Shown: one piece after another, positions 10,497 to 20,048 of the stretch
Layout: the number at the start of each line of letters is the position of its first letter
How positions within the stretch are numbered: the first letter of the stretch is position 1
From: a virus
Taxonomy: Duplodnaviria; Caudoviricetes
Length of the DNA stretch: 64,000 bases
Virus record (IMG/VR): IMGVR_UViG_3300028903_000001
Span: 55,896-119,895 of that record
Strand: one strand, 5' to 3'
The notes under the pieces: model-generated
The model's input: the letters and a program-made list of their open reading frames with translations, nothing else
Database searches by the model: none
Told to the model about the DNA's origin: nothing
Made by a program: the position numbers and the translations under genes

Positions 10497-10937
10497 ATGG
10501 AGAGCACGATGATCAATAAGTCGCTTCGAATGCTGGCACGGTGTCCAGGCGTCGTCGCGGAGCGAATTCTTGAGCGTGCGAAGGCGGCAGAATCGCCAGA
10601 CTCATACATTATTGCTTCCGTCACCGAACTCGAGACGTGGGACCGCGAGTGCCGCGCGAAGGCGCTGGAGGTCCTGTCCCGGCACAACTCGGTTCACAGC
10701 ATCACGCTGGCGCTATGGATCGAGGACGGCTCGTCGGGGACCGAATTCGCTCGCAAGGAGCGAATATCTAGGGACTGCCTCTACCAGCGAAAGCTGCGGG
10801 CAAGGCTCGAGATACTCGACCAACTCGACTCGAGGACCGCTGCGTGGCTCTACAGTTACGGGCACCAGCGGTACTCGATCCAGCGAGGTGAGACGATGCG
10901 ACGTAAGACCGCCTGCGCGCCCCGCAGGGCGGCATGA
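10497..10937 (+). CDS. Putative HTH / sigma-region-4-like regulator
   Basis: GTEFARKERISRDCLYQRKLRAR resembles an HTH. Confidence 0.4.
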   Translation: MESTMINKSLRMLARCPGVVAERILERAKAAESPDSYIIASVTELETWDRECRAKALEVLSRHNSVHSITLALWIEDGSSGTEFARKERISRDCLYQRKLRARLEILDQLDSRTAAWLYSYGHQRYSIQRGETMRRKTACAPRRAA

Positions 10938-11142
10938 CTAGTCGTTAGGTGGCTCACACAGCCCGTCTAGGTCTCGCTTCGTTTCTATCGCGACGGAGTT
11001 GGATGAATTCGGTCTCTCTCTCACGTCTTTGGTTAGTGGTTGAACGATTCGTAAGCCCTTGTAACTGATCAGGAGTGGCTTACCCGGATCGTATTTGCCG
11101 ACGTATCCCTTCGACTCCTCAACAGGATCTGTATCGCTGGGC

Positions 11143-11910
11143 TTAATCATCGATCCCCCAAGCCGCAACCTGCTCAAGCGCCATGGAGGCGTCGTCAGGG
11201 TCGAATCCGAATCGAATCGCCGCCTCGTACCACTCGCTCTCGCCCCAGTCGCTGGTCGCCCTCCCGCTCGCCTTCACGCTGAAAATGAACTGATCGAACC
11301 TGGCCTCCTCGTCGAGCCCATCGACGGGATTGGACCTGGGAGTTTTAGAAATGAAACGGTCGGCCAGGGTGAGCAGGGACGAGGACTTCTTGGTGGGGTT
11401 CTTTTTACTTCTACGTACGGGATTGTGCTTCATAGCTCTGTCTTTCCTCTCAAGCCCAACAGTGTCGTCAAGGTTGGCCCAGTCGAGCTTTGCTCCCGAT
11501 AGATCTGCGCCGGTAAGATTTGCTCCTCTAAGATCTGCGGACTCTAGACTAGAGTCAACAAGGATTGCCCCGGACAGGTTAGCTTCTCCAAAATACGCAC
11601 CGTCGAGATTGGCCCCTCTGAAGCTAGCCTTCGATGCATTGGCTCGAAACAGATCTGTTTCGTTAAGGATCGCGTTATCGAACCTAGCCCCGGATAGATT
11701 CGTGTCCTCGAAATCTGCGCCGGATAGATTGGAGCCTTCGAAGTTGGCCCCGGACAGGTTCGACTCGGCAAAGTCGGCATTGGACAGGTTGACACCGGAT
11801 AGATTCGCTTTTGACAAGTTGAGCTTGCCTAGGCTCGCCCTCTCGCCACGCTTTCCTTCAAGCCACAGAGCGTGAAGCCTGAGAATCTCTTTCAACTCGT
11901 TTTTCGTCAT
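11143..11910 (-). CDS. Pentapeptide-repeat protein with basic NP-motif linker
   Basis: ILRLHALWL N-terminal cap, ANLSG/ADF repeats, then KHNPVRRSKKNP. Confidence 0.85.
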   Translation of the reverse strand: MTKNELKEILRLHALWLEGKRGERASLGKLNLSKANLSGVNLSNADFAESNLSGANFEGSNLSGADFEDTNLSGARFDNAILNETDLFRANASKASFRGANLDGAYFGEANLSGAILVDSSLESADLRGANLTGADLSGAKLDWANLDDTVGLERKDRAMKHNPVRRSKKNPTKKSSSLLTLADRFISKTPRSNPVDGLDEEARFDQFIFSVKASGRATSDWGESEWYEAAIRFGFDPDDASMALEQVAAWGIDD

Positions 11911-11911
11911 A

Positions 11912-13528
11912 TCAATGCTTCCCATAGACGACGGGGAGTCGAACCACTCTCTGGTCCCGCTTCCCACCCGTTACGCCCCAGCAGACGCGACATTCAGTCT
12001 TCTTGTTCATGTCAATCGCAATGGCGCAGCAGCCCGCCGCCTCGTAGGCTTGCGTCTTAGCCGTGCCGTAGACCTTGCCTGGGTTCTCTCTCTGAACCTT
12101 GCCCATGTTCGTCTTGGAGGCAGACATGGGCCTGCCATGCGGGTCTAGGACGAACCGCTTCTCTCTCACATCGACGATTGCGTCGTAAAACACTCCATCC
12201 TTGGGAAGCGTCGCGATATCGACGTCGGTGGGATACATGGGATAGGAGAGTGGATAGGTCTGGGCCGGATTGTCCTTGATCTTGACGCCCTCTTCTCTGA
12301 TATCTGGCGTCTCCCTCTTGCCCTGGATCTTGGCCCTAGCCCCACCACCGATCACGGAGGGCAGGTAGGCGGGGCAGGCCCATGTCTCGGGGCCCGTGTC
12401 CGAGATCTGTACCTGAATCTTGCCCTTTTTGATATCGAAACTGATCGTGTTGCTGCTCGTGCCTCCGCTCATGCCAGCGACACTGGGCTCTGGCGCGTCG
12501 AAAAAGATGCCAGAGGGCCGGATCGCGAGGTTCTTGGGGAACTTGCCTTTTCGCACCACTTCCTCGAGCAGTCTCGCTCCGCTGCTCGAGGTCCAGATCC
12601 GGGTCGGGGCCCAGAAGTGGATATCTTTCATCGACCTGACGATTTCCAGCCACATCCCCAGGTATTCGCGTGAGAAGAAGTCGCCGCTGTCGTGGATGCG
12701 GAAGAAATCGGGGTGCGGAATCACAGCGAGCTTGTTCGGGTCGCTCGTCCTCGACCGTGCCCTGCGACTCACGTCTTGCGCCATGCGAATCGCAGCTTTC
12801 ATCACGGGAATAAAGGTGCCAGTCTTTACCGCATAGTCGGTCCACATCTTGCGCCACTGCATGACGAGGATGATACTTGGATTGCCGTAGCTGCCTTTCA
12901 GTGCGTAGCAGCCGTTGCAAATAAACCTCTCCTTGGCTTCTCCTGGAGCCATGGGTAGGGAATCGACGTACTCCTTCGCCGCAGCGACTCTCAGCCTTCG
13001 AATGCCAGACAGTATCTTGAGACTGTCAAGCGCCCCCTTCTCAAGCTCCATTCGCTCCGCGTCGAATCCAATCGCAGAGCCGGGGCAGCATCCGCCGAAC
13101 CTGGGAGGTCCTGCGGGAAGGTTCCAGGAGTAGCAACCCATCTTCGTGGTACGGGTCAGAAGCGCACAATTTCTCACGATGACAGAGGTCGGCTTGTGAA
13201 GCTCACCGGAATCAGCGAGGTACTTTTTGATGAAAGCGTTTTCCGACGCGCCTTTGCGGTCTTTTCTCGCCTCGTAAGCGATATTGTCCATGTCGCGCCA
13301 AAGCACGGGTTGGTCGAATCGGAAACCGAGTAGACCGCCGCCGACTCTATGATATCTCCAGCCCCTGGGAGTCTCTGCGATCCGCTTTATCGCCTTCCAC
13401 TCCGCATCGCTTCCAGGCACCGCCTTAGCGTGTGCCAGGTAGGTATCCGGCAGAATCTCGGCTCTCTCAATGAAAGGTCGCGTCCATAGCACATGCTTCT
13501 GTGCCGTGTTTTCTGCCTCTTTGCTCAT
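11912..13528 (-). CDS. GP88-like protein
   Basis: SWNLPAG...CP...CNGCYA...FRIHDSGDF...WAPTR motifs. Confidence 0.7.
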   Translation of the reverse strand: MSKEAENTAQKHVLWTRPFIERAEILPDTYLAHAKAVPGSDAEWKAIKRIAETPRGWRYHRVGGGLLGFRFDQPVLWRDMDNIAYEARKDRKGASENAFIKKYLADSGELHKPTSVIVRNCALLTRTTKMGCYSWNLPAGPPRFGGCCPGSAIGFDAERMELEKGALDSLKILSGIRRLRVAAAKEYVDSLPMAPGEAKERFICNGCYALKGSYGNPSIILVMQWRKMWTDYAVKTGTFIPVMKAAIRMAQDVSRRARSRTSDPNKLAVIPHPDFFRIHDSGDFFSREYLGMWLEIVRSMKDIHFWAPTRIWTSSSGARLLEEVVRKGKFPKNLAIRPSGIFFDAPEPSVAGMSGGTSSNTISFDIKKGKIQVQISDTGPETWACPAYLPSVIGGGARAKIQGKRETPDIREEGVKIKDNPAQTYPLSYPMYPTDVDIATLPKDGVFYDAIVDVREKRFVLDPHGRPMSASKTNMGKVQRENPGKVYGTAKTQAYEAAGCCAIAIDMNKKTECRVCWGVTGGKRDQRVVRLPVVYGKH

Positions 13529-14928
13529 AGCCTTCTCCACGTCTTAGGGATCACGATCTTGCCTCGCCGCCGGATCGGGTTTGGTGATATCTGCCAGGTC
13601 TTACCGCCGATGTAGGGTATCTTGGTGTCTGCCTTTCGCATGCCCATGCTCTTAGGCAAGTCCTCGTACAGGCTTCGCGGCGAGCCAAATTGTTGCTTCT
13701 GCTCATAGCTCAGCATCTCGACTCGCAGCCCGGCCTTCTCCGCAATGTCGAAGACGAGAGCCAATGCGTCGTAGTAGAACCTCTCGACAAACGGCTGCAT
13801 CACGTCTAGCGCGGCATGAATCTTCTCGTCGGTGAGTCCCTTCGCCTTAAGTCGGCTTTGAAACTGTTCGTCGCTAAGCCCCTTGCGAACGATGGGAAGG
13901 TCGCTCTGCACCTCCTCGACGAGAATCGATTCTTCTGCCAAAATTATGTGTGAGTACCTCACCCAGCCGATAGTGAAGAGACCGAGTTTCAGCACGGGAT
14001 GCGAGGAGCGATACGACACGTCTCGAATCGCTTCAATCGTATTGAGCACTTCCGGCTCGTCACTGACCAATGCCGGGTCGATGTTGAGTTGCAGCACGTT
14101 GTTGGGATAGGTGCTAAGTCGCTGAAGCTCCGAGGTCCACTTCGTCTCGGTAATCTGCCAAGTCATGCCGTAGCTATCGATTAGCTTCTTCGCCGCATCG
14201 GGCGTCAGCGTACCGCCACCTATATCGTGCTTGACCGTCTCGAATGCATCGGGGAAGGTTCGCTTGAAGGCGGCAATCTTCATCGGCTCGGTGACCTTGG
14301 CTAGCGCCTTAGCGCCTGCTCGCTTTCTGCCATAGACTGTCTTGGGCCCGATCTTATTTGGCTCCAGAATGGTTCCGGTGAGGTTCGCGCCCTCAAGGTT
14401 CGCTTCACGGAGGTTCGCGCTAGTAAGGTCCGCGTGATACAAGTCCGCTCTGGTGAGGTTCGCTCTGGTGAGGTTCGCTCTGGTGAGGTCCGCGTCGGTG
14501 AGGTTCGCGCCAGTGAGGTTCGCGTCGGCGAGGTTCGCGCGAAAGAGGTTCGCTCCGGTGAGGTTTAAGTTATGGAGGTCCGCGTCGGTGAGGTTCGCGC
14601 CAGTGAGGTTCGCGTCGGTGAGGTTCGCTCCGGTGAGGTTCGCGCCAGTGAGGTCCGCGTCGGTGAGGTTCGCATCCTCAAGGTACGCTCCGGTGAGGTT
14701 CGCGCCAGTGAGGTCCGCGTCGGTGAGGTCCGCGCCAGTGAGGTTCGCGCCCACAAGAATTGCGTTGGATAGATCTGCCTCGGCAAGGTTGACCCCGCGC
14801 AGGTCAGCCCCGGTGAGGTCTGCCTTAGCCAGATTAGCTTGTTCGCCTCCCTGCTCATAGCCTTCCCTCCAGAGTCTGTGCAGCCTCACTATCTCGCCTA
14901 CCTGCTCCTTGGTAACTTTTCGGCTCAT
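13525..14928 (-). CDS. Pentapeptide-repeat protein fused to a VEEVQSD-motif domain
   Basis: About 30 A(D/N)LT(G/D/R) repeats; C-terminal IGWVR...ILVEEVQSD. Confidence 0.8.
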   Translation of the reverse strand: MSRKVTKEQVGEIVRLHRLWREGYEQGGEQANLAKADLTGADLRGVNLAEADLSNAILVGANLTGADLTDADLTGANLTGAYLEDANLTDADLTGANLTGANLTDANLTGANLTDADLHNLNLTGANLFRANLADANLTGANLTDADLTRANLTRANLTRADLYHADLTSANLREANLEGANLTGTILEPNKIGPKTVYGRKRAGAKALAKVTEPMKIAAFKRTFPDAFETVKHDIGGGTLTPDAAKKLIDSYGMTWQITETKWTSELQRLSTYPNNVLQLNIDPALVSDEPEVLNTIEAIRDVSYRSSHPVLKLGLFTIGWVRYSHIILAEESILVEEVQSDLPIVRKGLSDEQFQSRLKAKGLTDEKIHAALDVMQPFVERFYYDALALVFDIAEKAGLRVEMLSYEQKQQFGSPRSLYEDLPKSMGMRKADTKIPYIGGKTWQISPNPIRRRGKIVIPKTWRRL

Positions 14929-15218
14929 GCCAACCTCTCATCCATCTCGTCGCTGATAACTCGCTCGAAACTCGATCGCATCGGCTTGAGCCCGAACGGC
15001 AACTTGACCCTGACGCAGACATATTCGGGGTCGAGTTCGATCTCCCCCTTGATGCCCTTGGTCAGTCCCCCGGTCGATTCGAACTCGATCGCCTTGTGAT
15101 CTTCGCGCCAGCTAAGCTCGAGGTGAAGCTCTTCCTTCAGCCCCTCGGCCATTGCGATGGTCCTGGTGACGAGGTCCTTGGTGTCGAAACTGTGCGGCCT
15201 TTTGATCTCGATGTCCAT
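14925..15218 (-). CDS. Polyhydroxyalkanoic acid system (PHA_gran_rgn-like) protein
   Basis: IEIKRPHS...W...IEF...GIKGEI...VRVKLPFGLKPMRSSFERVI pattern; 97 aa. Confidence 0.7.
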   Translation of the reverse strand: MDIEIKRPHSFDTKDLVTRTIAMAEGLKEELHLELSWREDHKAIEFESTGGLTKGIKGEIELDPEYVCVRVKLPFGLKPMRSSFERVISDEMDERLA

Positions 15219-15468
15219 TGTAGCGGCATCTTCGCACCTATCTAGGGCTGACGCAACATTGCTGATGCAACAAAGCGGCAGGGGTCAATACGGGGTCAAC
15301 CCGCAATGGTAACCACCTCTGTAACGATGTGGTAAACAGACTAATCGCCAGCCGTATCTGGTTTTTTGCAGCTACTTTAGCACGAAAATGTCCCACGGCT
15401 GTTTTAGCTCGCTCAATGTTGACTAACCCTGTTCACCGTGTTACGACCCGGCTACGAAGGAGATTGAT

Positions 15469-16050
15469 ATGAGTCTACACACATCCGTTATGACAATGCT
15501 GCTAGCGCTTCCGCCCGCTCACGCGGATCTGGACGAGCAAAACAGGTCAGAAAGGGTAGAAGTCATTGCCTCTGCGATAAGCCAGGCGACGCAGCGCGCC
15601 TGCTGCTCCGGTGCCTACGCGAGTGACGATTGTCCCAGGCTCTGGACCGGGTCAGAAAACAGTCTCGCCGCGCTTATCGTCACCAAGGGCTGGTGGGAGT
15701 CCAGGTTTGCGCTCAACGTGCATCGTGGCGAGTGCAAGCCATGGGAATGCGACGCGGTGAAGCTGAGTAATGGTTCAATCCAGCACCTGGCCAGGACGCC
15801 TTGGCAGTTTCAACGCACAGCCTTCTCGGCTCCCTTCTGGTCCGACATGGTTGGGACCGGCATAGAACCTACCAGAAACGCGGCATGGGTCGCGGCCAGG
15901 ATCATCAGTCACGGAATGAAGAGTTGCAAAAGCGTCGAGGGTACCATCGCGTGGTACGCGACGGGTCGTTGCCAATGGAGCAAGGCAAAAGATCGCTACG
16001 TGACGTACAGAAAGTTGACGACCTTGCTTGCGTCGCGCCGCGAGTCGTGA
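15469..16050 (+). CDS. Secreted lysozyme/transglycosylase-like protein
   Basis: Signal-peptide-like N-terminus, WWESRF (Glu-Ser) motif, PWQ, and paired cysteines. Confidence 0.5.
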   Translation: MSLHTSVMTMLLALPPAHADLDEQNRSERVEVIASAISQATQRACCSGAYASDDCPRLWTGSENSLAALIVTKGWWESRFALNVHRGECKPWECDAVKLSNGSIQHLARTPWQFQRTAFSAPFWSDMVGTGIEPTRNAAWVAARIISHGMKSCKSVEGTIAWYATGRCQWSKAKDRYVTYRKLTTLLASRRES

Positions 16051-16071
16051 TAGACACTTAACCTCACCTCA

Positions 16072-16132
16072 AGCACTGCCTGCCGCACGAGCGTTACCCC
16101 CTTTCCGCTGCTGACGGCAGGCAGTGCTCTTT
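16072..16132 (+). terminator. Long hairpin / intrinsic terminator
   Basis: Perfect 14-bp inverted repeat AGCACTGCCTGCCG / CGGCAGGCAGTGCT followed by CTTTT, 20 bp after a stop codon. Confidence 0.55.
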
Positions 16133-16172
16133 TGTTCCCGCAACGTTGCGAGTCGAACAGTGTCGGGCTAGC

Positions 16173-16979
16173 ATGGCTGACATGCCTAGTCCGTGGAAAA
16201 CGCAGTGTGAGGGCTACGTCAGCTATCGCTGGCACGAAAACGGTGCCATCGAGGTGCATGGCAAGGGCTTTCTCAAGCACGACCCGTCGAGCAAAGCAGC
16301 TAAGGGAATCTCGAAATATGTCGAAAAGTACATGCCGCTTTTCGAGAAGAATGCTCAAGCCCTGGGGCTACCGGTAGCGTGGATCGTTGGGATAGTCTTT
16401 GTGGAGAGCGGTGGCAACGAGTGGGGCTGCTCGCCCTGCATCCGCTTCGATAGCAAGGGAAAGCAGACATGCTCTCTCGCCCCCAACTGTGGCGGGGGCG
16501 TGGCGAGAGACGGCAAGACCTACTCGTGCTGCGCCTACGGTCTCATGCAGGTCACTCATCGAAACGCGGTGACATACGGCATGAGTCATGGCGCAGAGCT
16601 TCTCGGTAACCCCGAGGACTCGGTCAGGATCGGCACGAGGATATACGCCGACAACGTCAAGGCAAGCGAGGGCGACCCGCTCGTCGCGGTGCGGCGATAC
16701 AACGGCTGCGCACGGACGACGTGTGTCGGCGGCAGACTCACTACATGCACGCCGGAATGCATCTTCGGAATCGGTGGGCAGGGCGGGTATGCGGAGAAGT
16801 TCACCAGGGCAGTGAACACGTTCCTCGAGCTTCCTCCCGGCCCCGTGGAGCCTCCAGAGCCGCCTCTGGTCGAGCCGGTGGACTACGAAGCCTCCGTGGG
16901 CTCCCCAGGCGTCCTGGGGCTAGCCTTGGCGATTGGCGTAGGCATTGGAGCCTACTGGTACGCATCGAAAAGGTTGTAG
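16173..16979 (+). CDS. SLT lytic transglycosylase with C-terminal TM anchor
   Basis: VESGGN, AYGLMQV and RRYNG motifs; Pro/Glu linker then GVLGLALAIGVGIGAYWY. Confidence 0.85.
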   Translation: MADMPSPWKTQCEGYVSYRWHENGAIEVHGKGFLKHDPSSKAAKGISKYVEKYMPLFEKNAQALGLPVAWIVGIVFVESGGNEWGCSPCIRFDSKGKQTCSLAPNCGGGVARDGKTYSCCAYGLMQVTHRNAVTYGMSHGAELLGNPEDSVRIGTRIYADNVKASEGDPLVAVRRYNGCARTTCVGGRLTTCTPECIFGIGGQGGYAEKFTRAVNTFLELPPGPVEPPEPPLVEPVDYEASVGSPGVLGLALAIGVGIGAYWYASKRL

Positions 16980-17055
16980 GTAACGGTCTACACACCGTGA
17001 ACCAATAATATCACGATTCGGAACTCGATGCAAGAAAGCAAAAGGAACTGGTAAC

Positions 17056-17412
17056 ATGAGCAAGGTAGATCCGGCTGAGTGGGCAAATTACTCCGACGAG
17101 GCTTTGCAGGTAGTTCTCACCCTGCCCCCAGAGCGCATCGCCAGGATCAATGGGGCCTGGGACGAGGCTTGGTGCAATCGTCTTCGAAATAGCGGAGACT
17201 TCAAGGACACCTACACCAAGGAAGAGGTCGATCTCATCGTCTCGACAATGAAGAGATACAATCCGACACTGGACGAGGCGAAGTTTCGAAGCTACGTCGT
17301 CGAATGCTCCGGGGCGACGATTGAAGGCTCCTCCTCCTCGACTTGGCTCTGGGTCGGTGCGCTGGGCCTAGCCGCTGTCGGGCTCGTGGCCTACGTCGCG
17401 ACGAGGAAGTAA
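17056..17412 (+). CDS. Small protein with C-terminal TM anchor
   Basis: WLWVGALGLAAVGLVAYVATRK; AGGAA RBS. Confidence 0.65.
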   Translation: MSKVDPAEWANYSDEALQVVLTLPPERIARINGAWDEAWCNRLRNSGDFKDTYTKEEVDLIVSTMKRYNPTLDEAKFRSYVVECSGATIEGSSSSTWLWVGALGLAAVGLVAYVATRK

Positions 17413-18305
17413 TGGGACTCTGCAACGACAAGTCTGGTTACTACACTGCCCCACCAGATATAACGATCTCGCAGATTCATGCCTGCTGGATGTTCCATGG
17501 CGCAAAGCCTCGGGGCTGGATCGATCTTCGCTTTCAATTGCCTCTGAGCGAGGTTTGGCAGTGGAGACTCTTTCGATTCCGTGGGCAAGACGCGCCGGTT
17601 GAATACTGGGACGAGATCCGCGATAGCATGCTAAGAGATGGTTGGTGGGAATCGGATCCACTCCTTCTCATACTAGGTGCCGACGGATGTATCACCATGG
17701 AGGGCAACCATAGACTCCAAATTGCTAGAGAAATCGGCATAACTACGATACCCGCTCGCATAGCAGACTTCTACCGTAAAGTATGTGGCAGCTACCCACC
17801 TGGAATTCAGCCAAGCACGATGGCTTTCGCCTCACAATACAGGCCAGAGGTTCTTGAATGTGACTACAACGAGTTTAGGCGAGCCATTGACTCGATGAGC
17901 GCAAGTGCGCCCGACTGGGATAGCTTGGTTGACTCTGTTGTCGAGTGGTGCAGAAACGGTAAGGGTCTGGACCCGAGACGAAAGTCTCGGAATATGGCTA
18001 TGATACGTGGCTCCAAGTCTCTGGAAAAACGTGAACGAGCAAAGCTCCGAGAGATGTATTTGGAATGGGTCAGAGAACAAGTCGAAAGCATGATGCTTGT
18101 CGGGGTTACTTGGCCACTTCCCCTAACTTGGCCCAATGTGACGAAGGATCAGTTGCAAATGCATAGTGGATATATGTCGGAAGAGGCTAAGTCGGAATAT
18201 CGCGCGGCCAAAATGATGTTGGGCAAGCGGAATGATAGTAAAAGAGTGAGCGAAAAGAGCGATAGAGCGGTGGACGAGATAATGCGTCTACTGTCGGGGA
18301 GGTGA
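17412..18305 (+). CDS. ParB/Srx-like domain protein
   Basis: SMLRDGW...PLLL...EGNHRLQIAREIG. Confidence 0.65.
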   Translation: MGLCNDKSGYYTAPPDITISQIHACWMFHGAKPRGWIDLRFQLPLSEVWQWRLFRFRGQDAPVEYWDEIRDSMLRDGWWESDPLLLILGADGCITMEGNHRLQIAREIGITTIPARIADFYRKVCGSYPPGIQPSTMAFASQYRPEVLECDYNEFRRAIDSMSASAPDWDSLVDSVVEWCRNGKGLDPRRKSRNMAMIRGSKSLEKRERAKLREMYLEWVREQVESMMLVGVTWPLPLTWPNVTKDQLQMHSGYMSEEAKSEYRAAKMMLGKRNDSKRVSEKSDRAVDEIMRLLSGR

Positions 18306-18306
18306 C

Positions 18307-19341
18307 ATGACCTCGATCTGGCTCGATCGAGCGCTGGAAAAGCTCTGGCCCCCGGTCCAACTCTGGGTCCACTACCCCGACTCTGAGGGCAAGAGGGCCA
18401 AGGCAGAGCTTCTCGACGCCTACGATAGCCTTGGGCCGAGGGAAAAGGCGGCATACGACGCGGACGTCAGGGAAGCGTTCCTCCGCGCCCACGGATCGGA
18501 TCGCGTCATCGCGTATCGACGCAGGAAGGCCAGGTCTGAGCCCATGGCTGGGCTCTCTCTGTCCACACTCGAGCCTGGTGCGAGGTCTGATACATACAGC
18601 GTGTCACTAAACGATGTTCTCGTCCACTGGGCTCAGTCCGAAATGCCGCTATCGAGCCGCGCCTATGGCCATGAGAAGGAGATCATCTTGAGACGCGACG
18701 CTGAGCCGGTCCCAGTAGGTGAGGTGAAAGAAAACCCGACCCTGCTACCCGGCTCCAAAATCGTCGAGATTCTGTCCGTCATCGATACGAGAGAGTACGA
18801 GGAGGTCGCCGACGGCGTGTTCAAGCCGATCGCGGGCAGCGGCAACGAGAATGAATGCGCGAGATGCGGCAGGATGCACGAGGTACACGCCCATGTCAGG
18901 CTCGAGAGCGGGGAGACCGCCGTTGTCGGCACGGGATGCATGCGAGGCGAGAGCGTCGAGACTACCAAAGCCGTCACCAAGGCTGCCAATGCCGCCAAGC
19001 GGCTGGCAGCGCTCAAGGCCGAGTACAAGAAGCTGACCGAGGAGCTTGCGGCCTGGGACGCGGCTTGGGAAGAGGTCCTGAGCCTGACACCACCCGAGCC
19101 GGTCAGGGCGATGCATAGGTGGCAGAAAGGTGAGGAAGTCATCCGAATAGGTGATGCTGTCCTGTTCGTACGGCATATACGAGGTCCTGAGCCGACGAGG
19201 GGCGAGATGGATGGCCTGATCCACGACTGGAGACTGAAACGGATGGAAGCTACCGGTCTCAGGCATCCCGCGCAGGTAGCGTCGTACCTGAAAGAGGTTG
19301 AGAAGCGGATCAGAAAGCTGATTCCTCCCCCGCAGCTATGA
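18307..19341 (+). CDS. Two-domain protein: possible ART-like N-domain plus Zn-finger/coiled-coil domain
   Basis: AYRR...GLSLST...HEKEIIL (R-SxS-ExE-like), then KENP, CARC...H...GTGC. Confidence 0.45.
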   Translation: MTSIWLDRALEKLWPPVQLWVHYPDSEGKRAKAELLDAYDSLGPREKAAYDADVREAFLRAHGSDRVIAYRRRKARSEPMAGLSLSTLEPGARSDTYSVSLNDVLVHWAQSEMPLSSRAYGHEKEIILRRDAEPVPVGEVKENPTLLPGSKIVEILSVIDTREYEEVADGVFKPIAGSGNENECARCGRMHEVHAHVRLESGETAVVGTGCMRGESVETTKAVTKAANAAKRLAALKAEYKKLTEELAAWDAAWEEVLSLTPPEPVRAMHRWQKGEEVIRIGDAVLFVRHIRGPEPTRGEMDGLIHDWRLKRMEATGLRHPAQVASYLKEVEKRIRKLIPPPQL

Positions 19342-19535
19342 CCCGATCCTGCTCAAGCAGCGCGTCCAGTACCTGCCTGGGGCCATGTCTGCGCAGATAC
19401 TCGTAGACGCACTTCTTGGCCCTCTCATCGGCATCCTCGACACCGTCAGCCTCCATAATCGCGATTCGCTCCTCGACGAGATGCTTACCCTCATCGAGCG
19501 GAGTCGTGACGTTGTCGGCCATGAAAAAGTCTATG

Positions 19536-19925
19536 TCAGCCATGTACCATCTCCAGTTCCGGCTCGTCATCGATCCCCGTACCGATCCATATCCAGGTCG
19601 TTGAATCTCCAGGATATGACTCATTCACCTTCACCCAGAGATATCCCAATGCGCGAAGCTTTTCCATCGCGACTACACTGCCTGGTAGCCACTCATCTAG
19701 CCCTATGGCTCCTGGGTCCGACATGTCGAGAAGGAAAGTTGCCTGCCTCGTCGTCATATCTGTCCAGTCCAACACAGATTCTTTACGATAGTCGATCTTG
19801 GCTCGGTACAGCCTGTTACCACCATAGCCACGGTTCGACGCCTTGGCAACGGATCTATCCTCGGCGAAGCAGTATCCGGTGTCCACGTAGTCATCACTAG
19901 CGGCTCGCCACAGCGTTTTCCTCAT
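19536..19925 (-). CDS. Hypothetical protein, weakly ART-like
   Basis: GGAGGA RBS; LWR...CFAEDRSVA...YGG..LY. Confidence 0.45.
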   Translation of the reverse strand: MRKTLWRAASDDYVDTGYCFAEDRSVAKASNRGYGGNRLYRAKIDYRKESVLDWTDMTTRQATFLLDMSDPGAIGLDEWLPGSVVAMEKLRALGYLWVKVNESYPGDSTTWIWIGTGIDDEPELEMVHG

Positions 19926-19975
19926 CTCGTCCTCCTTGACCCCAGGGTCAAGTCGTGCATTTTGATCAAGTACAG

Positions 19976-20048
19976 CGTCCCCGGCAGGACTCGAACCTGC
20001 AAATTGCGGTTTAGGAAACCGCTGCTCTATCCATTGAGCTACGGAGAC
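19976..20048 (-). tRNA. tRNA-Arg(CCT)
   Basis: Reverse complement GTCTCCG-TAGCTCAATGGATAGAGC-A-GCGGT-TTCCTAA-ACCGC...GCAGG-TTCGAGT-CCTGC-CGGGGAC-G forms a full cloverleaf; no encoded CCA. Confidence 0.92.
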
